64,000 bases of DNA from an uncultured Rivularia sp. (lineage in GTDB: Bacteria; Cyanobacteriota; Cyanobacteriia; Cyanobacteriales; Nostocaceae): positions 416,001 through 480,000 of the forward strand of contig OY762007.1 in NCBI GenBank assembly GCA_963665115.1, written 5' to 3'. This document shows, piece by piece, positions 1-11,969 of this stretch. Both the position numbers and the translations under genes were made by a program. Numbering within the stretch: the stretch's first letter is position 1; each line of letters starts with the position of its first letter. The notes beneath the pieces are model-generated. The model ran no database searches. It was given only the letters and a program-made list of their open reading frames with translations, and was not told where the DNA came from.

Positions 1-659
1 GTTTGAGCCGGAGCTTGACTAATCCCTGCTTTTGGCAAAGGTTGCTGAATCGGTATTTTATTCGATGAGATTTGCTCTACATTTTTAGATGGTGGATTTA
101 CGATTACTGGCGACGGAGTATTTTCTAGATTCCGTGACTTTTGCTGAGTGTTTTCGATTAATAAATTCATATCTAGCTTGCAAAACTTAGGCATATCCTC
201 CATAAAACTTTCCGTAGCAAATTCATAACTTCCTTGTTTTATAGCAAGAAATGAACTCAAAACATCAAATGCTAACTCCTTGATTAAGATTTTTGCTTGT
301 GCTGGTGTAATCAGCTTTTGATTAACTAACCAGCAAATAGCTAAATAATCCGGATTAACTATCGCTTGATTATCAATACCTTTTTGAAAAATGATTCGTA
401 ACTGCTGATATACCTTTTTTTGAGCAAGTGCAGGAATTTGCTTACCGTATTGTTGCAATTTTCTATAAAGCAAATCGAACATTTTATCCGTACAAGAAGC
501 ATAAATTAGCTTGCTATCCTCGAAATAAAATGACCAGGAATCTGATGTACTAAAAACTTGTAAACACCCAGTAACAGGTTTATCAGTAATTTTTTTTAGC
601 AGCACAGTCGGCTGAATTCGTTGAAAAAATCTGTATCTATTTATAGGAAGGATTTTCAT
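1..659 (-). CDS. patA: PatA heterocyst-patterning response regulator, N-terminal part (runs off the window start)
   Basis: Not in the ORF track. Manual translation from ATG at 659 gives MKILPINRYRFFQRIQPTVLLKKITDKPVTGCLQVFSTSDSWSFYFEDSKLIYA..., which closely matches the Anabaena PatA N-terminus (PATAN domain) as recalled. Confidence 0.85.
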   Translation of the reverse strand, partial: MKILPINRYRFFQRIQPTVLLKKITDKPVTGCLQVFSTSDSWSFYFEDSKLIYASCTDKMFDLLYRKLQQYGKQIPALAQKKVYQQLRIIFQKGIDNQAIVNPDYLAICWLVNQKLITPAQAKILIKELAFDVLSSFLAIKQGSYEFATESFMEDMPKFCKLDMNLLIENTQQKSRNLENTPSPVIVNPPSKNVEQISSNKIPIQQPLPKAGISQAPAQ

Positions 660-1264
660 GTTCTGTGGCTTTTAATTTACTACAGAGATACCGCAATGCT
701 AAGAACTTTTGTCATAGCGAAAATAAGCCGCATACGAGTTTACAGGTAATGTTTGTTCAAAATTGTTCGTCTATAGAACATTGAAACGTGTTGTTTCTAT
801 CTTTCGCTAACCCTGTATATGCGACGGGTAGAAATTTACATAAACACAAGCAAACTAAAAGAGAAGTTTTACAGCGATACTATGCAGCGATTAGCGATTC
901 ACAAAAAAGTCATTCTTCTATAAGAAACGTCATTCTGCATATTTTCAATTTAGAAGAAGCACCAACTGACAGCATAACCAGTAAAGAGAGCGTCAGTTAG
1001 GTGGTAGATGACAAGCAACTAACTTACTAACTTTTAGATTACTCTAATGTACCAGAAAAAGTAAAAGATGTATGAAAGTTTTTGTTGACAAGTAAAGCTC
1101 ATATTAAAACCAAATATTGTGAATGGCAAATGTTTTTTTATAAATAGTTAATTATCGTTTTTGGGTTCTTATACTTAAAGAATTCTTTCTGTAGAAGCGA
1201 TTACAGTTTCCTTGTATCTTTGAATATTAATAATTTAGGTGCGGCTATTCTGCTTTTTTTCCGG

Positions 1265-1631
1265 ATGTTTATATAATAAGATATTTGTTAGCGATTGAGT
1301 GAGTAATGATAATGTTTTTGTTTTTCAGTTATTAGTTATTAATTAATCTGGCAGTTGAAACTAATATATGTCCTGCTGAATCGGTATCCCGTTCTATTTC
1401 CGGGAAAGTAGCCACAAAAATAGTTTTAGAAACAAAAGTCCAAAGACAGTCAAAATCTACTGGCTTAACTACTTGGGTAAAAGAGTATTCTACCGGCAGC
1501 TAAACCCAAAAGCAGGTTATACATAATCAACTTATGTTACTCATCCTTGGCTTATTACAGATGCTTCAGATAACTGTTTAGGCGTTTATTATCCTGATGG
1601 ACAAACTCAGGTTGTAAGAATTAAACGATAA
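1265..1631 (+). pseudogene. Degraded secreted VHL beta-domain-like protein
   Basis: Manual translation: CPAESVSRSISGKVATKIV(fs)RNKSPKTVKIYWLNYLGKRVFYRQLNPKAGYT*STYVTHPWLITDASDNCLGVYYPDG. The YWLNY.G and TYVTHPW motifs are VHL-beta-like. Frameshift at T-run 1424-1427, premature TAA at 1524-1526, and stops in the leader. Start approximate. Confidence 0.7.
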
Positions 1632-1757
1632 GGGGGGAAACCAAAAATATAGTGAATGCAACCGAATGCCTCGTCGCAATTACAAGACATAATTATAATT
1701 TATTCACGCCTACCCGCCTATCATTTGTATTCTTTTCAAATAAAAACACTCCATAAC

Positions 1758-1812
1758 CTAGCCCACGCAGGTGGGCTTCGCAATTGTAGCCCCACCCTTC
1801 GAGGGTGAGGGC
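1758..1812. repeat. Small dispersed palindromic repeat (two hairpins, one GTAG-tagged)
   Basis: gcccacgcaggtgggc followed by GTAGccccacccttcgagggtgagggc. Confidence 0.5.
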
Positions 1813-1847
1813 TTATTTTAATCTAAAACCTAAAATCCAAAGTTCAA

Positions 1848-2492
1848 CTATCCCCTCTGCCTTTCCCTCTGCAAAGAATTCAAAGAATCATTAATCGATT
1901 TAACCGCTTGCGGGGAAACATCATACTCCGACTCTCCCATAACTTCCAAAGTCTTTTCCAAATCCTTAATTACTTGATTCAATTCCTTGTCAGATAATCT
2001 ACGTGCCTTTGCTTGCATATTCAGCGCAACGTTGCTCAATGCAAAAGCAGCATCCTGACGAATCCATTTCGATTCATTTTGCAATGCTTCTTGTAACAAA
2101 GGTAAAGCAACTTTGGTATCTCCACCTAGATTCGCAAGAGCAGTCGCAGCAGTGTAGCGTACCTCTGATTCGCTATCGTTTAGCGCTACCATCAAAGCTG
2201 GCTCGGCTATTTTCGCGCTTATGCCCATTCCACCCAATGCACGCGCAGCATTAACTCTGGCTTCTATATTTTCACTTCGCAATACTTGAATTAAAGTAGA
2301 TACTGCACCCCTGATGCTTGCTGTGGCATTTTCGGTTGTCTGTGCCGATGCTGTGGCGATCTGAAATAATGGTGAGGAGAAACATATCAATGTTAGAGAG
2401 ATGGTAGAAGCAAAGCTGTAACTAACAAATTTTGCAAAATCTTTCACCGAGCAGTTTAGGTAGATGCTTTTCATAATCGCTTTGTATAACAT
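1848..2492 (-). CDS. HEAT-repeat protein with hydrophobic N-terminal leader
   Basis: Repeats RVNAARALG, VRYTAATALA, IRQDAAFALS; signal-like segment ending ASA-Q. Confidence 0.7.
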   Translation of the reverse strand: MLYKAIMKSIYLNCSVKDFAKFVSYSFASTISLTLICFSSPLFQIATASAQTTENATASIRGAVSTLIQVLRSENIEARVNAARALGGMGISAKIAEPALMVALNDSESEVRYTAATALANLGGDTKVALPLLQEALQNESKWIRQDAAFALSNVALNMQAKARRLSDKELNQVIKDLEKTLEVMGESEYDVSPQAVKSINDSLNSLQRERQRG

Positions 2493-2606
2493 TATCAGTA
2501 CTGTTATACACTTAACACTTATGCAACTGCACGACCGTAATAATACTGAATCATACTTCAGTTCTGCTCTATTTTGATTTTTCAGTTTTATTGTTCGTGT
2601 CTTTCA

Positions 2607-3386
2607 TCAAACAATATATTTAAAGATTACTTTGAGTAAATCCTTTTTCCCGAAAGGTTTAGTAATGTAATCTGATGCTTTAACCATTTTGGCTTTTACC
2701 CGATTGATAATTCCTTTTTTCCCCGTTACCATAATTATCGGTGTTTCTTTCAAAGCAGAATGTTTCCGCAATAAAGAACATAATTCATATCCATCTAATG
2801 TTGGCATGGTTATGTCTAATAAAATTAAATCTGGCTTTAAGCGAATAACTTGCATTAAAGCTTTTAATGGATCGTTTATACCAACTACAGAAAAAAGGTT
2901 ATCATCTAAGTACATTTTGATAGCATTTACCACCGCTTTACTGTCATCAATACAGACAATGTTGTAAGTTTTAATATTCTCTTCCTGCTGGTAATCACCG
3001 TAACGATGACTTTGAGTTTCTAAAGCATTCCTTTGTGAAACTGCTATCTCAGATTTTCTAATAAAGTTGAGATAATGGATTTCATCTTCTTCTTGGTAAG
3101 AATCATCCTCATTTTCATAGTCTGAATAATTAATTGTCGTACTTAAGAAGCTATCTCCATTATCGTATAAATTATTCTCAGAATGTGAATTTATGTAAGG
3201 TTGGGATAATTTTAAATTCTCATTTTCTTCGTTTAATTCCGCATAACTTTGATTAAAATAATCATCATTATCGTTCAAATTTTCAAATAAGTCCCTATCT
3301 TCTGTATCTCGATAATCTTCTGTTTGATATCGATCGTTGAAGCCGTGCCAAAGATAGTTATGTAAAGATGATTGATTATTTTGCAT
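2607..3386 (-). CDS. Response regulator: acidic low-complexity N-terminus plus PatA-type receiver domain
   Basis: C-terminal IVCIDDS...PDLILLDITMPTLDGYELC...MVT...DYITKPF. Confidence 0.8.
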   Translation of the reverse strand: MQNNQSSLHNYLWHGFNDRYQTEDYRDTEDRDLFENLNDNDDYFNQSYAELNEENENLKLSQPYINSHSENNLYDNGDSFLSTTINYSDYENEDDSYQEEDEIHYLNFIRKSEIAVSQRNALETQSHRYGDYQQEENIKTYNIVCIDDSKAVVNAIKMYLDDNLFSVVGINDPLKALMQVIRLKPDLILLDITMPTLDGYELCSLLRKHSALKETPIIMVTGKKGIINRVKAKMVKASDYITKPFGKKDLLKVIFKYIV

Positions 3387-3829
3387 ATTGAATGGACTCG
3401 GTTTAAAGTTAAGATTGAGAGTACTTTCGCTAAATAAAAAAAGCTAGAAATGTCTAATAAACAATCAACTCAATTCTTCAGATAGCTGCTAGCACAAATT
3501 AAAGGTTCCTTACAGTAATCCTATTTTAAATCTTAGAACACTTTCTCAGACACTTTGAGCCGAATCACTTAGGGAAATTTAAAATTGCAGAATTTATGTT
3601 AAATTCTGAAGCAATCTAGTCAGGACTGATTGCATATTGCCTAATAATATCATCAAAGTCTTAAATAGAATATTTACATACTGATTTTTTAGCTCAAAAT
3701 GTTTGAATACACTAATAATAATAATTTCAGTATTTAGCTCTTCACTTCCGGAAGTATTGCCCGATACAGACAAATAAAGTTTTGAGCTTAAGCAGCTATC
3801 TGGAGAACTTGGTAAATACTTTGTTAAGA

Positions 3830-3937
3830 TATAGCGATTCTAAATAGAAACCGATTGATTTGTAGTGCGAGCATCTTGCTCGCTCGGTACTAGCGAGCAA
3901 GATGCTCGCACTACGGAAATTAATTGGAATGACTATA
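3830..3937. repeat. Inverted pair of GTAG-tagged REP-like hairpins (3862-3914) inside imperfect TATAG...CTATA terminal repeats
   Basis: gtagtgcgagcatcttgctcgct-cggtact-agcgagcaagatgctcgcactac; outer tatagcgattc / gaatgactata. Confidence 0.75.
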
Positions 3938-4478
3938 TTGGCTTCGATGCAGTAGCAGCTATCAACTAGCCTGAGAAGAAAATTAAATAATTATGACCGC
4001 TTTTTAGTGTAGTTCAGTTAAGAATCAGCTTTCTATTCAATCGACGACTATCGGATTGTGGCTAATGTATCATTAGTAACTTATTAACTCAGTTTCAAGC
4101 TGTTAATTCTTACCAGTAACAATAATCAGCTATTAAAATAGTCGTAAAAATTACACTTTATTAAGTCTAGATTAACTATGAGTAGGAAATTAGTTTTATG
4201 TAAAAATATAGTATTGTTCCTGTAGAGGATTAATTGCAAAGTTTTTAAATATTCTTGTTTTTATTGAAAATTCGCGTTGGTTTTTTTGTCGATCGCACAA
4301 CAGAATAATACTATTTTCATAAAAATAAACCGGGTTTATTAGGGCTTAACGAAAATAGTGCAAGATATGACTTATATCTAAAAAATATATAAAATTACGA
4401 TCGGAAAATAGTATTATTTATAATTACGACAATATTGCTTGTTTTCCGTTCCCTATTCTTGATTAACTAAAAACTAAA

Positions 4479-5409
4479 ATGATCTCAAATCAATCAATAT
4501 CTTTAGAAGTTGAACAAAACAGTTCGCGTTTAGATAGTTACCTTTCTCAAAAAAGCCCAGATTTATCACGTTCGAGAATTCAACAATTAATTGAAAAAGG
4601 GTCACGTCCAAGTTAATGGTGAAATTTGTAATTCTAAAAAAATAGCTCTTAAACAAGGAGATTTTATTGTTTTAGAAATACCGCAAGCCGAACCTTTAGA
4701 ATTACAGGCAGAAGATATTCCTTTAGATATTTTGTACGAAGACGAACAAATTCTTATTTTAAATAAACCTGCTGGTTTAGTCGTTCATCCTGCACCAGGG
4801 CATCCCAATGGAACTTTAGTTAATGCAGTTTTAGCTCATTGTCCTAATTTGCCAGGAATCGGTGGAGTACAACGTCCGGGAATCGTTCACCGACTTGATA
4901 AAGATACCACCGGAGCCATCGCGATCGCCAAAACTGAAGTTGCCCATCACAGCTTGCAAGCGCAACTGAAAGCCAAAACGGCGCGTAGAGAATATCTCGG
5001 TGTAGTGTACGGTGTAACCAAGCAAGAATCCGGTTCCATAAATTTACCTATAGGTCGTCATCCTAAAGAACGAAAAAAAATGGCGGTTGTTCCCGTAGAA
5101 AAAGGTGGGCGTGAAGCTGTTACCCATTGGCAAATAAAGGAACGTTTGGGGAACTATACATTAATGCACTTTCAGTTAGAAACAGGACGTACCCATCAAA
5201 TTCGCGTTCACAGCGCTCAAATTGGTCATCCAATTGTAGGAGATTCTGTTTATAGTTCGGGTCATTCGGTAGGAGTAAATTTACCAGGACAAGCTTTACA
5301 CGCTTGGAAACTTCAGTTAAAACATCCTCTAACTAACAATTTAGTTGAAGTTGTAGCACCTCTTCCTCAAGTATTTTCGACTTTATTACAAGTTTTAAGG
5401 CGACGTTAA
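4479..5409 (+). CDS. rluD: RluA/RluD-family 23S rRNA pseudouridine synthase (apparent +1 frameshift near 4594-4601)
   Basis: Catalytic HRLDKDTTG, NKPAGLVVHP and ETGRTHQIRVH motifs. The S4-like start MISNQSISLEVEQNSSRLDSYLSQKSPDLSRSRIQQLIEKG begins at ATG 4479 in another frame and joins at AAAAAGGG. Confidence 0.85.
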
Positions 5410-6150
5410 GCGAATTTATTAAAAATAGAAAATACTAATTACATTTATAAGTTTTTGAATTCATCTTTACATAAATAAATTATTGCTGAAACATTGTATT
5501 GATTGAAAATTGAAGCAATACTTCCGGTGATAGTAAGATTTTCGCTGGATATTTGCATAATCGAACGTTAACCATATATTTTGACCTCTTCTACGTAATA
5601 TATATGTAAGTTATAATACTATATTTATTATATGAATTACATTAAGCACAAATCTAGTTGAGCCGCATTAATTTCGCCATTTAAAACATTTTTAGTGCGA
5701 GCATCTTGCTCCGATTTCAATATTATTATACCTGTATTTACTTAGACAACCTTTTTATAATACATCTTTTTTACATCTAATAATATAGAAAAAACCAATT
5801 GTAACTCTGGATGAAGAAAAGTATCCGAACGTAAAGCATATCTTGCAATTAGAGGTTTAAAAAGCTTATACATAGAGACTTTGACTTGATTAGACATACA
5901 TTTACTTTCCGTTAATAAACTTAACCAAAAAAAAGTTCAACCGATATATACAATACGAACAAGGTTTTAAAAGCAATTACAAATCAAGCAAAAAATTAAG
6001 TCTTTTTGGACTACTTATTTGCATAGGGCAACGCTGATGCCTAGTAGCTAGAGATGCAAAAGTTACCATAATTTGGCTGAATTTATGCTGAAAAATTGAA
6101 CTGCTGCAAACCAATTAAGAGCTAAATAAACTTGATGGAGACAATAAAAA

Positions 6151-6669
6151 ATGCTTGATGCTTTTTCTAAAGTTGTTGAACAAGCTGATAAGAAAGGTGC
6201 TTACCTCGGAGAAGACGAAATCAATGGGTTGTCAGCAATGGTTGCTGATAGCAATAAGCGTTTAGATATAGTTAACAGACTCAGCAGCAACTCTTCTTCG
6301 ATTGTGGCAAACGCTTATCGTGCTTTAGTTGCCGAACGTCCGCAAGTCTTTAATGCTGGTGGTGCTTGCTTCCATAATCGCAATCAAGCTGCTTGCATTC
6401 GTGATATGGGATTTATCCTACGGTACGTTACCTATTCCGTACTTTCCGGAGATACAAGCGCAATGGATGACCGTTGTTTAAACGGTTTAAGGGAAACCTA
6501 TCAAGCTTTAGGTACTCCTGGCGATGCTGTGGCTTCTGGAATTCAAAAAATGAAAGATGCTGCGATGCAAATTGCCAATGATTCCAACAATATAACCAAG
6601 GGTGATTGCAGCCAGTTAATGTCGGAAGTGGGAAGCTATTTTGACCGCGCTGCCTCTGCTGTAGTCTAA
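6151..6669 (+). CDS. pecB: Phycoerythrocyanin beta subunit
   Basis: 172 aa, [40 protein letters not shown]; operon order. Confidence 0.95.
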   Translation: MLDAFSKVVEQADKKGAYLGEDEINGLSAMVADSNKRLDIVNRLSSNSSSIVANAYRALVAERPQVFNAGGACFHNRNQAACIRDMGFILRYVTYSVLSGDTSAMDDRCLNGLRETYQALGTPGDAVASGIQKMKDAAMQIANDSNNITKGDCSQLMSEVGSYFDRAASAVV

Positions 6670-6804
6670 TAGACTTTCTCTGAATCGCACTTTTTGTGAG
6701 AGTAGTTTTTTGTCATCTGTAACTGCTATCGTTTGCAGCCTGCAATCAGATGACGCAGCAATTGTTTTAACAAACCGTACCCAAATAAAGGAATATCGAA
6801 AATT

Positions 6805-7293
6805 ATGAAAACACCTTTGACTGAAGCAATATCAACCGCAGACGTTCGCGGTTCCTACTTAAGCAACACCGAAATGCAAGGTGTTTTCGGTCGCTTTAAC
6901 CGCGCTAAAGCAGGTTTAGAAGCAGCCAAAGCATTTTCCCAAAATGGTCAAAAATGGGCAGAAGCAGCAGCAAATCACGTGTATAAAAAGTTTCCCTACA
7001 CCACACAAATGGAGGGACCACAATATGCATCTACCAATGAAGGCAAAAATAAATGCGTGCGCGACATTGACCATTACTTACGCACTATTAGCTACTGCTG
7101 TGTAGTTGGTGGCACAGGTCCTTTAGATGAATATGTCGTTGCTGGATTAAGCGAACTAAATGCCGCTTTAGGTTTATCTCCTAGCTGGTATGTAGCTGCT
7201 TTAGAATTCGTCCGCGACAATCATGGTTTGAGTGGAGATGTAGCCGGAGAAGCTAATATTTACCTTAACTATGCAATCAATGCATTGAGTTAG
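6805..7293 (+). CDS. pecA: Phycoerythrocyanin alpha subunit
   Basis: 162 aa, [35 protein letters not shown] typical of alpha-PEC. Confidence 0.95.
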   Translation: MKTPLTEAISTADVRGSYLSNTEMQGVFGRFNRAKAGLEAAKAFSQNGQKWAEAAANHVYKKFPYTTQMEGPQYASTNEGKNKCVRDIDHYLRTISYCCVVGGTGPLDEYVVAGLSELNAALGLSPSWYVAALEFVRDNHGLSGDVAGEANIYLNYAINALS

Positions 7294-7360
7294 AAGTAAT
7301 AAAGTATTTAGTTAAAACAGTACCGCTTATTTATTCCTGAATTGCTTGTGAAGCGTTAAT

Positions 7361-7422
7361 AACCTGGTTTCTTTGAGAGTAAAAAGGCGGATATTGCTCG
7401 ATTATTCCCAAGAAACCAGGTT
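7361..7422 (+). terminator. Stem-loop after pecA (terminator or mRNA-stability element)
   Basis: aacctggtttctt ... aagaaaccaggtt, a perfect 13-bp inverted repeat. Confidence 0.5.
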
Positions 7423-7529
7423 TATTTGCATTTTTTCAGTGGAAAATTAAACCCTTTCGAGCAAAATCCGATCGGTGCAAAACATGAATCTAATTAATAA
7501 ACCTGTAAGAAAAAGGAGAAATTGTAAAT

Positions 7530-8365
7530 ATGAATAGTTCAGTTGCAGAAAGATTAGCAATTAGAGATGCAGTTGAGAATAAAGTAGAACTGCGTCAAAA
7601 TTGGAACGAAGACAATTTGCAGTTGGTATTTAAAGCTGCTTACACCCATATTTTTGGTCGTCAAGGAATATATGCCAACGAAAAATTTACTAGTGCCGAG
7701 TCTTTATTGCGTAACGGTAAAATTGATGTACAGCAATTTGTTGAAACCTTAGCAAAATCTGATTTTTACAAAGAATGCTTTTTTCAAAGTAATTCCCAAG
7801 TGCGGTTTATTGAATTAAACTACAAGCATTTACTCGGACGTGCGCCCTACGATCAATCAGAAATCGCCTATCATACAGATATCTACGCCGCGAATGGCTA
7901 TGATGCAGATATTGAATCCTATATCTACAGTTCCGAATACGAAAGCGCTTTTGGTAATTATACCGTTCCCTATTACCGTGGATTTAGTACAATTCCCGGC
8001 ATGAAAACCGTCGGATATAACCGGATATTTGCATTACACAAAGGCTTTGGTAACAGCGATAACGCTCAATATGGCGGTAAAAATTCACGCTTGCGGGGAC
8101 AGATTTCCAAAAACCAAGCAAACATGATTGTACCGCCAACCTCACCTGCTTCAAGCTTTGCATCGACAGCACCAACATTGATTAGTTCCGCACCAAGGGG
8201 AGACAATCGAATGTTTATCATTGAATCTATCGCAGGTGGAATTAATAGTAAAGTAGCCCTGCGTCGCAGCAGACAAGTTTACACCGTACCCTACAGCCGT
8301 CTCTCAGACACATATCAAGAAATTCACAACGCGGCGGTAAGATAACCAAAATTACACCAGCTTAG
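7530..8365 (+). CDS. pecC: PEC-associated rod linker (apparent -1 frameshift at 8328-8329)
   Basis: Linker motif [15 protein letters not shown]. Adding one A at 8328 restores the C-terminus [15 protein letters not shown] ending at 8365. Confidence 0.9.
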
Positions 8366-8521
8366 GAAAGATGGGGGGACAAGGGGACAAGGAGATAGGG
8401 AGGCATTCTTAAAGTAGCGAGTAGTAGTTATGGTAGTTTACTTGTTACTTGCTACTTGTTACTTATAACTCCTCACTTCTAACTATTCCCCATGCCCCAT
8501 GCCCAATCCCCAATTTTTTTT

Positions 8522-9277
8522 ATGAACGAACCAATATTTACTGCGGAAGCTGCGGAAACTGCTTTACAAAGTGAAGATAATCAAATCCGCTACTATGCTG
8601 CTTGGTGGTTGGGAAAGCATCAGGTGCAAGAAAGCTGTGCGGCTTTGTGTGAAGCTTTGTTTGATGAACGTTATCGCATCCCGTCGGGGGGATATCCTCT
8701 GCGTCGTCAAGCTGCACGCGCATTGGGGCAATTAAAAAATCGATCTGCTGTGGAAGCATTAATTAAAGCTTGCGAATGCGATGATTTTCGTTTACGAGAA
8801 GCAGTAATTCAAGCTTTAGCTGCTATTGGCGATCGCAAAGCCATAAATCCTTTATTAAAAATGATGCGGTGCGATGAAGAGCAGCCATACGAAGCTTTGA
8901 TTGAAGCTCTTGCAACTTTCAAAGTTGATTCAGCCCGTTCTTTAATTGAACCTTTCTTGAATAATTCATCCGAAAGAATCCAATGTGCCGCAGCACGATA
9001 TTTTTATCTTGTAACTCAACAACCGCAATATCTTGAAAGCATTCTTAAATACCTCAACCATGAAAATATGTACGTGCGTTGGGCGGCGGTTTTCGACTTA
9101 GGCGCGGTGGCACATCATCAAGCAGTAGAAGCCATTCTCACGGCTACAGTTCCTAATAGTTTGAAGCTGCTAAATTTGAAGCGAATTTTAGAAACCATAT
9201 TAGATAGCGATACTCCTGAAAAAGAAACATCCCAATCAATTTTTCACGCAATTGATGATTTATTGATTCAGGTTTGA
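8522..9277 (+). CDS. pecE: Phycoviolobilin lyase/isomerase subunit PecE
   Basis: RYYAAWWLGK, GGYPLRRQAARALG, HEAT repeats. ATG 8522 preferred because the upstream extension is STRR sequence. Confidence 0.9.
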   Translation: MNEPIFTAEAAETALQSEDNQIRYYAAWWLGKHQVQESCAALCEALFDERYRIPSGGYPLRRQAARALGQLKNRSAVEALIKACECDDFRLREAVIQALAAIGDRKAINPLLKMMRCDEEQPYEALIEALATFKVDSARSLIEPFLNNSSERIQCAAARYFYLVTQQPQYLESILKYLNHENMYVRWAAVFDLGAVAHHQAVEAILTATVPNSLKLLNLKRILETILDSDTPEKETSQSIFHAIDDLLIQV

Positions 9278-9330
9278 AGGGAATTGGGAATTGGGCATGG
9301 GGCATTGCGGATGGGGCATTGGGCATTGGG

Positions 9331-9460
9331 GGAAATTTTTAGAGTCGTGAGTAAAAAGTTTAATTTACCAGCTATCAACAACTCATAACTCTCTACTTAC
9401 TACTCGCTACTCGCTACTCACTACTCACTACTCGCTACTCACTACTCATTCTTAACTCCT
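9331..9460. repeat. Intergenic dispersed unit plus heptamer tandem repeats (ctcacta/ctcgcta)
   Basis: gaaatttttagagt..gtgagtaaaaagtttaatttaccagcta...caactcataactctctact recurs at about 16003-16105. Confidence 0.6.
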
Positions 9461-9994
9461 ATGAACGTCTTAGATTCTCTAGATATTTCTGCGATAAATA
9501 CTTTCGTGGAATCTTTAAAACAGCATAATCCTCAGATTGGTGCTGCTGCGGTTGAGGCTTTGATTAAGTTTGCACCTGTAACGGTACAACCATTGATTGA
9601 TGCTTTCTATGATTCTACCGACCAAAGCATACAAGTTTATATGGTTCAGGCTTTGGCTCTAATTGGAAACCCTGAAGCCGTTGATTTGTTAGCTGAAGTT
9701 GTGGGTACAGAAGTTGCTAATCATTGCCAAGGAAATGTCCGTCGCATTGCAGCAAGGGGACTTGGGCGCATTGCCAGCACTTCAAATAATACGGAAATCG
9801 TTCATCGAGCTTCGGAAAAACTGATTTGGGCGTTGTTTACTCCTCAAGATTGGGGTTTACGTTATGCTGCTGCGGTTTCTTTACAGGAAATTGCTACCCC
9901 CAGAGCCAATATTGCTTTACAACAAGCACTAACACTAGAACAAGACAAAGTTGTACTGGCCCGAATTGCAACAGCCTTAGACAGTCAACAGTGA
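9461..9994 (+). CDS. pecF: Phycoviolobilin lyase/isomerase subunit PecF
   Basis: NHCQGNVRRIAARGLG isomerase motif; DWGLRYAAAVSL. Confidence 0.9.
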   Translation: MNVLDSLDISAINTFVESLKQHNPQIGAAAVEALIKFAPVTVQPLIDAFYDSTDQSIQVYMVQALALIGNPEAVDLLAEVVGTEVANHCQGNVRRIAARGLGRIASTSNNTEIVHRASEKLIWALFTPQDWGLRYAAAVSLQEIATPRANIALQQALTLEQDKVVLARIATALDSQQ

Positions 9995-10707
9995 GCAGTT
10001 ATCAAATAGTTAGTTAGGAATTAGAAGTTTAAATTTCTCCTCGTCCCCATCTCCCCATCTCCCAGTGGTAACTGATAACTGTTCGCTGGGAACTTTTTCT
10101 TCTATCCCGCTAACTGAAAGCTTTTCGGGTTTTTCTTAATTTCGTTGCCATCAAAATATTTTCAAAAATTTACATTAAGAGAATGGTCTGACTTTGTTAA
10201 CAACTATTAAGGGGTCAATAGTAAGCTGAAATTGTATCATAGTACTCAAATGCTTGCTGTAGCTAGGGTTGTTAGATAGTTAAAAAAATCTAAAAACGAA
10301 AGAAATTAATGTCTTTGAGGTATTTGATGAAGTTATGTAACGAATAAAATCGACTTTTTTAAGGCAAATCTCTTATATGTAAAGGATTTGAGGTTTTTCT
10401 TATTGCACTATCGCATTTATTCATATTTTGTAACAAAATCTGTCCTTGTGGCGGTGTATAAACATAATCTGGAGGGGTTAAATAACAGGCAAAATTTAAA
10501 AGGGACAATCAATTTGTAAAGGTTGTCTGTTTCTCATAAAATAAGCCAAGATTCTCATATTTCTTATTCGCTCAACCTCGAATTAGAATGACGAGGCAAA
10601 TAATTTGGCAGTTAAAACAACATCTGTTATATCCCATCCTTTGACGAAAGGCTGCCATTTTTAATCAAGGCAATACTTAAAAACTAAGCAATCAGGAGAA
10701 AAAGTCG

Positions 10708-11226
10708 ATGTTAGATGCATTCGCAAAAGTTGTTTCTCAAGCTGACTCTAGAGGTGAATTCTTGAGCGGGGAGCAGTTAGATGCTCTAAGCAACATGATT
10801 AAAGACGGAAACAAGCGCTTGGATGCTGTTAACCGCATCACCAGTAGTGCTTCTCAAATCGTTACTGATGCTGCTCGTGCATTGTTTGAAGAAGAGCCTC
10901 AGTTGATTGCTCCTGGTGGTAACGCTTACACCAACCGTCGCATGGCTGCTTGCTTGCGCGACATGGAAATCATCTTGCGCTATGTTACCTATTCCATGAT
11001 TGCTGGTGACGCTAGCGTGTTAGATGACCGTTGCTTGAATGGTTTGCGCGAAACTTACCAAGCTTTAGGAACTCCCGGTTCTTCAGTAGCTAAGGGCGTT
11101 CAGAAGATGAAAGATACTGCTATCAAGATGGCTAACGACCCCAACGGTATCACAAAGGGCGATTGCAGCCAGTTGATGTCTGAATTGGGTGGCTATTTTG
11201 ACCGTGCTGCTGCTGCGGTTGCTTAA
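10708..11226 (+). CDS. cpcB: C-phycocyanin beta subunit
   Basis: [30 protein letters not shown]. Confidence 0.97.
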   Translation: MLDAFAKVVSQADSRGEFLSGEQLDALSNMIKDGNKRLDAVNRITSSASQIVTDAARALFEEEPQLIAPGGNAYTNRRMAACLRDMEIILRYVTYSMIAGDASVLDDRCLNGLRETYQALGTPGSSVAKGVQKMKDTAIKMANDPNGITKGDCSQLMSELGGYFDRAAAAVA

Positions 11227-11319
11227 GAGCAAAATACTGTTTAAACGCAATTAAGGAAACCCAGAACCGAAAAATCGGTATCTAGGCAAAAAAACAAAGA
11301 ATAAAGGAGATTGTAAGAC

Positions 11320-11808
11320 ATGAAAACACCAATTACCGAAGCAATTGCATCTGCTGATACCCAAGGTCGTTTCTTAAGCAACACCGAATTGCAAGCTGTT
11401 AACGGTCGTTTTGACCGCGCTGCCGCTAGCATGGAAGCTGCTCGTAGCTTGACTTCTCAAGCTCAGAAGTTAATTGATGGCGCAGCTCAAGCTGTGTATC
11501 AGAAATTTCCTTACACCACTCAGATGCAGGGACCTCAGTTTGCTGCTGATTCTCGTGGTAAGTCCAAGTGCGCTCGCGATGTCGGTCACTACCTACGCAT
11601 GGTAACTTATTGCCTAGTAGCTGGTGGAACAGGTCCTATGGACGAGTATTTGATTGCAGGTTTGGATGAAATCAACCGTTCTTTTGAATTGTCTCCTAGC
11701 TGGTATGTAGAAGCTTTGAAGAACATCAAAGGAAACCACGGTTTGAGCGGCCAAGCTGCTAACGAAGCTAACACCTACATCGACTATGCAATCAACGCTT
11801 TAAGCTAG
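11320..11808 (+). CDS. cpcA: C-phycocyanin alpha subunit
   Basis: [33 protein letters not shown]. Confidence 0.97.
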   Translation: MKTPITEAIASADTQGRFLSNTELQAVNGRFDRAAASMEAARSLTSQAQKLIDGAAQAVYQKFPYTTQMQGPQFAADSRGKSKCARDVGHYLRMVTYCLVAGGTGPMDEYLIAGLDEINRSFELSPSWYVEALKNIKGNHGLSGQAANEANTYIDYAINALS

Positions 11809-11817
11809 TAAGCGTTC

Positions 11818-11883
11818 TGCCCGGAGAGTGATGCGAGTGCTGGATGGGTTTTATCACCTAGCAGTTGTATTGGTCTCCGGGCA
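11818..11883 (+). terminator. Stem-loop after cpcBA
   Basis: tgcccggaga ... tctccgggca closes a long hairpin followed by T-rich sequence. Confidence 0.65.
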
Positions 11884-11969
11884 TTGTTTTAAGCTTTTTT
11901 CAAGCAAATAAAAAAATTTATCAAAAATCGCTTCATCGGTAAGCGTAAAAATAAAGGGAATAAATAGTA

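Noticed and set aside
788..1000. 70-aa ORF upstream of patA
   Set aside because: No recognisable motif; it lies in the likely patA regulatory region.
4594..4601. Programmed ribosomal frameshift in rluD
   Set aside because: It would need a +1 shift with no evident stimulator, and similar indels occur in five other genes.
5900..5925. CcaR G-box upstream of pecB
   Set aside because: Only one partial CTTTCC half-site, no direct repeat, and no ccaS/ccaR in the window.
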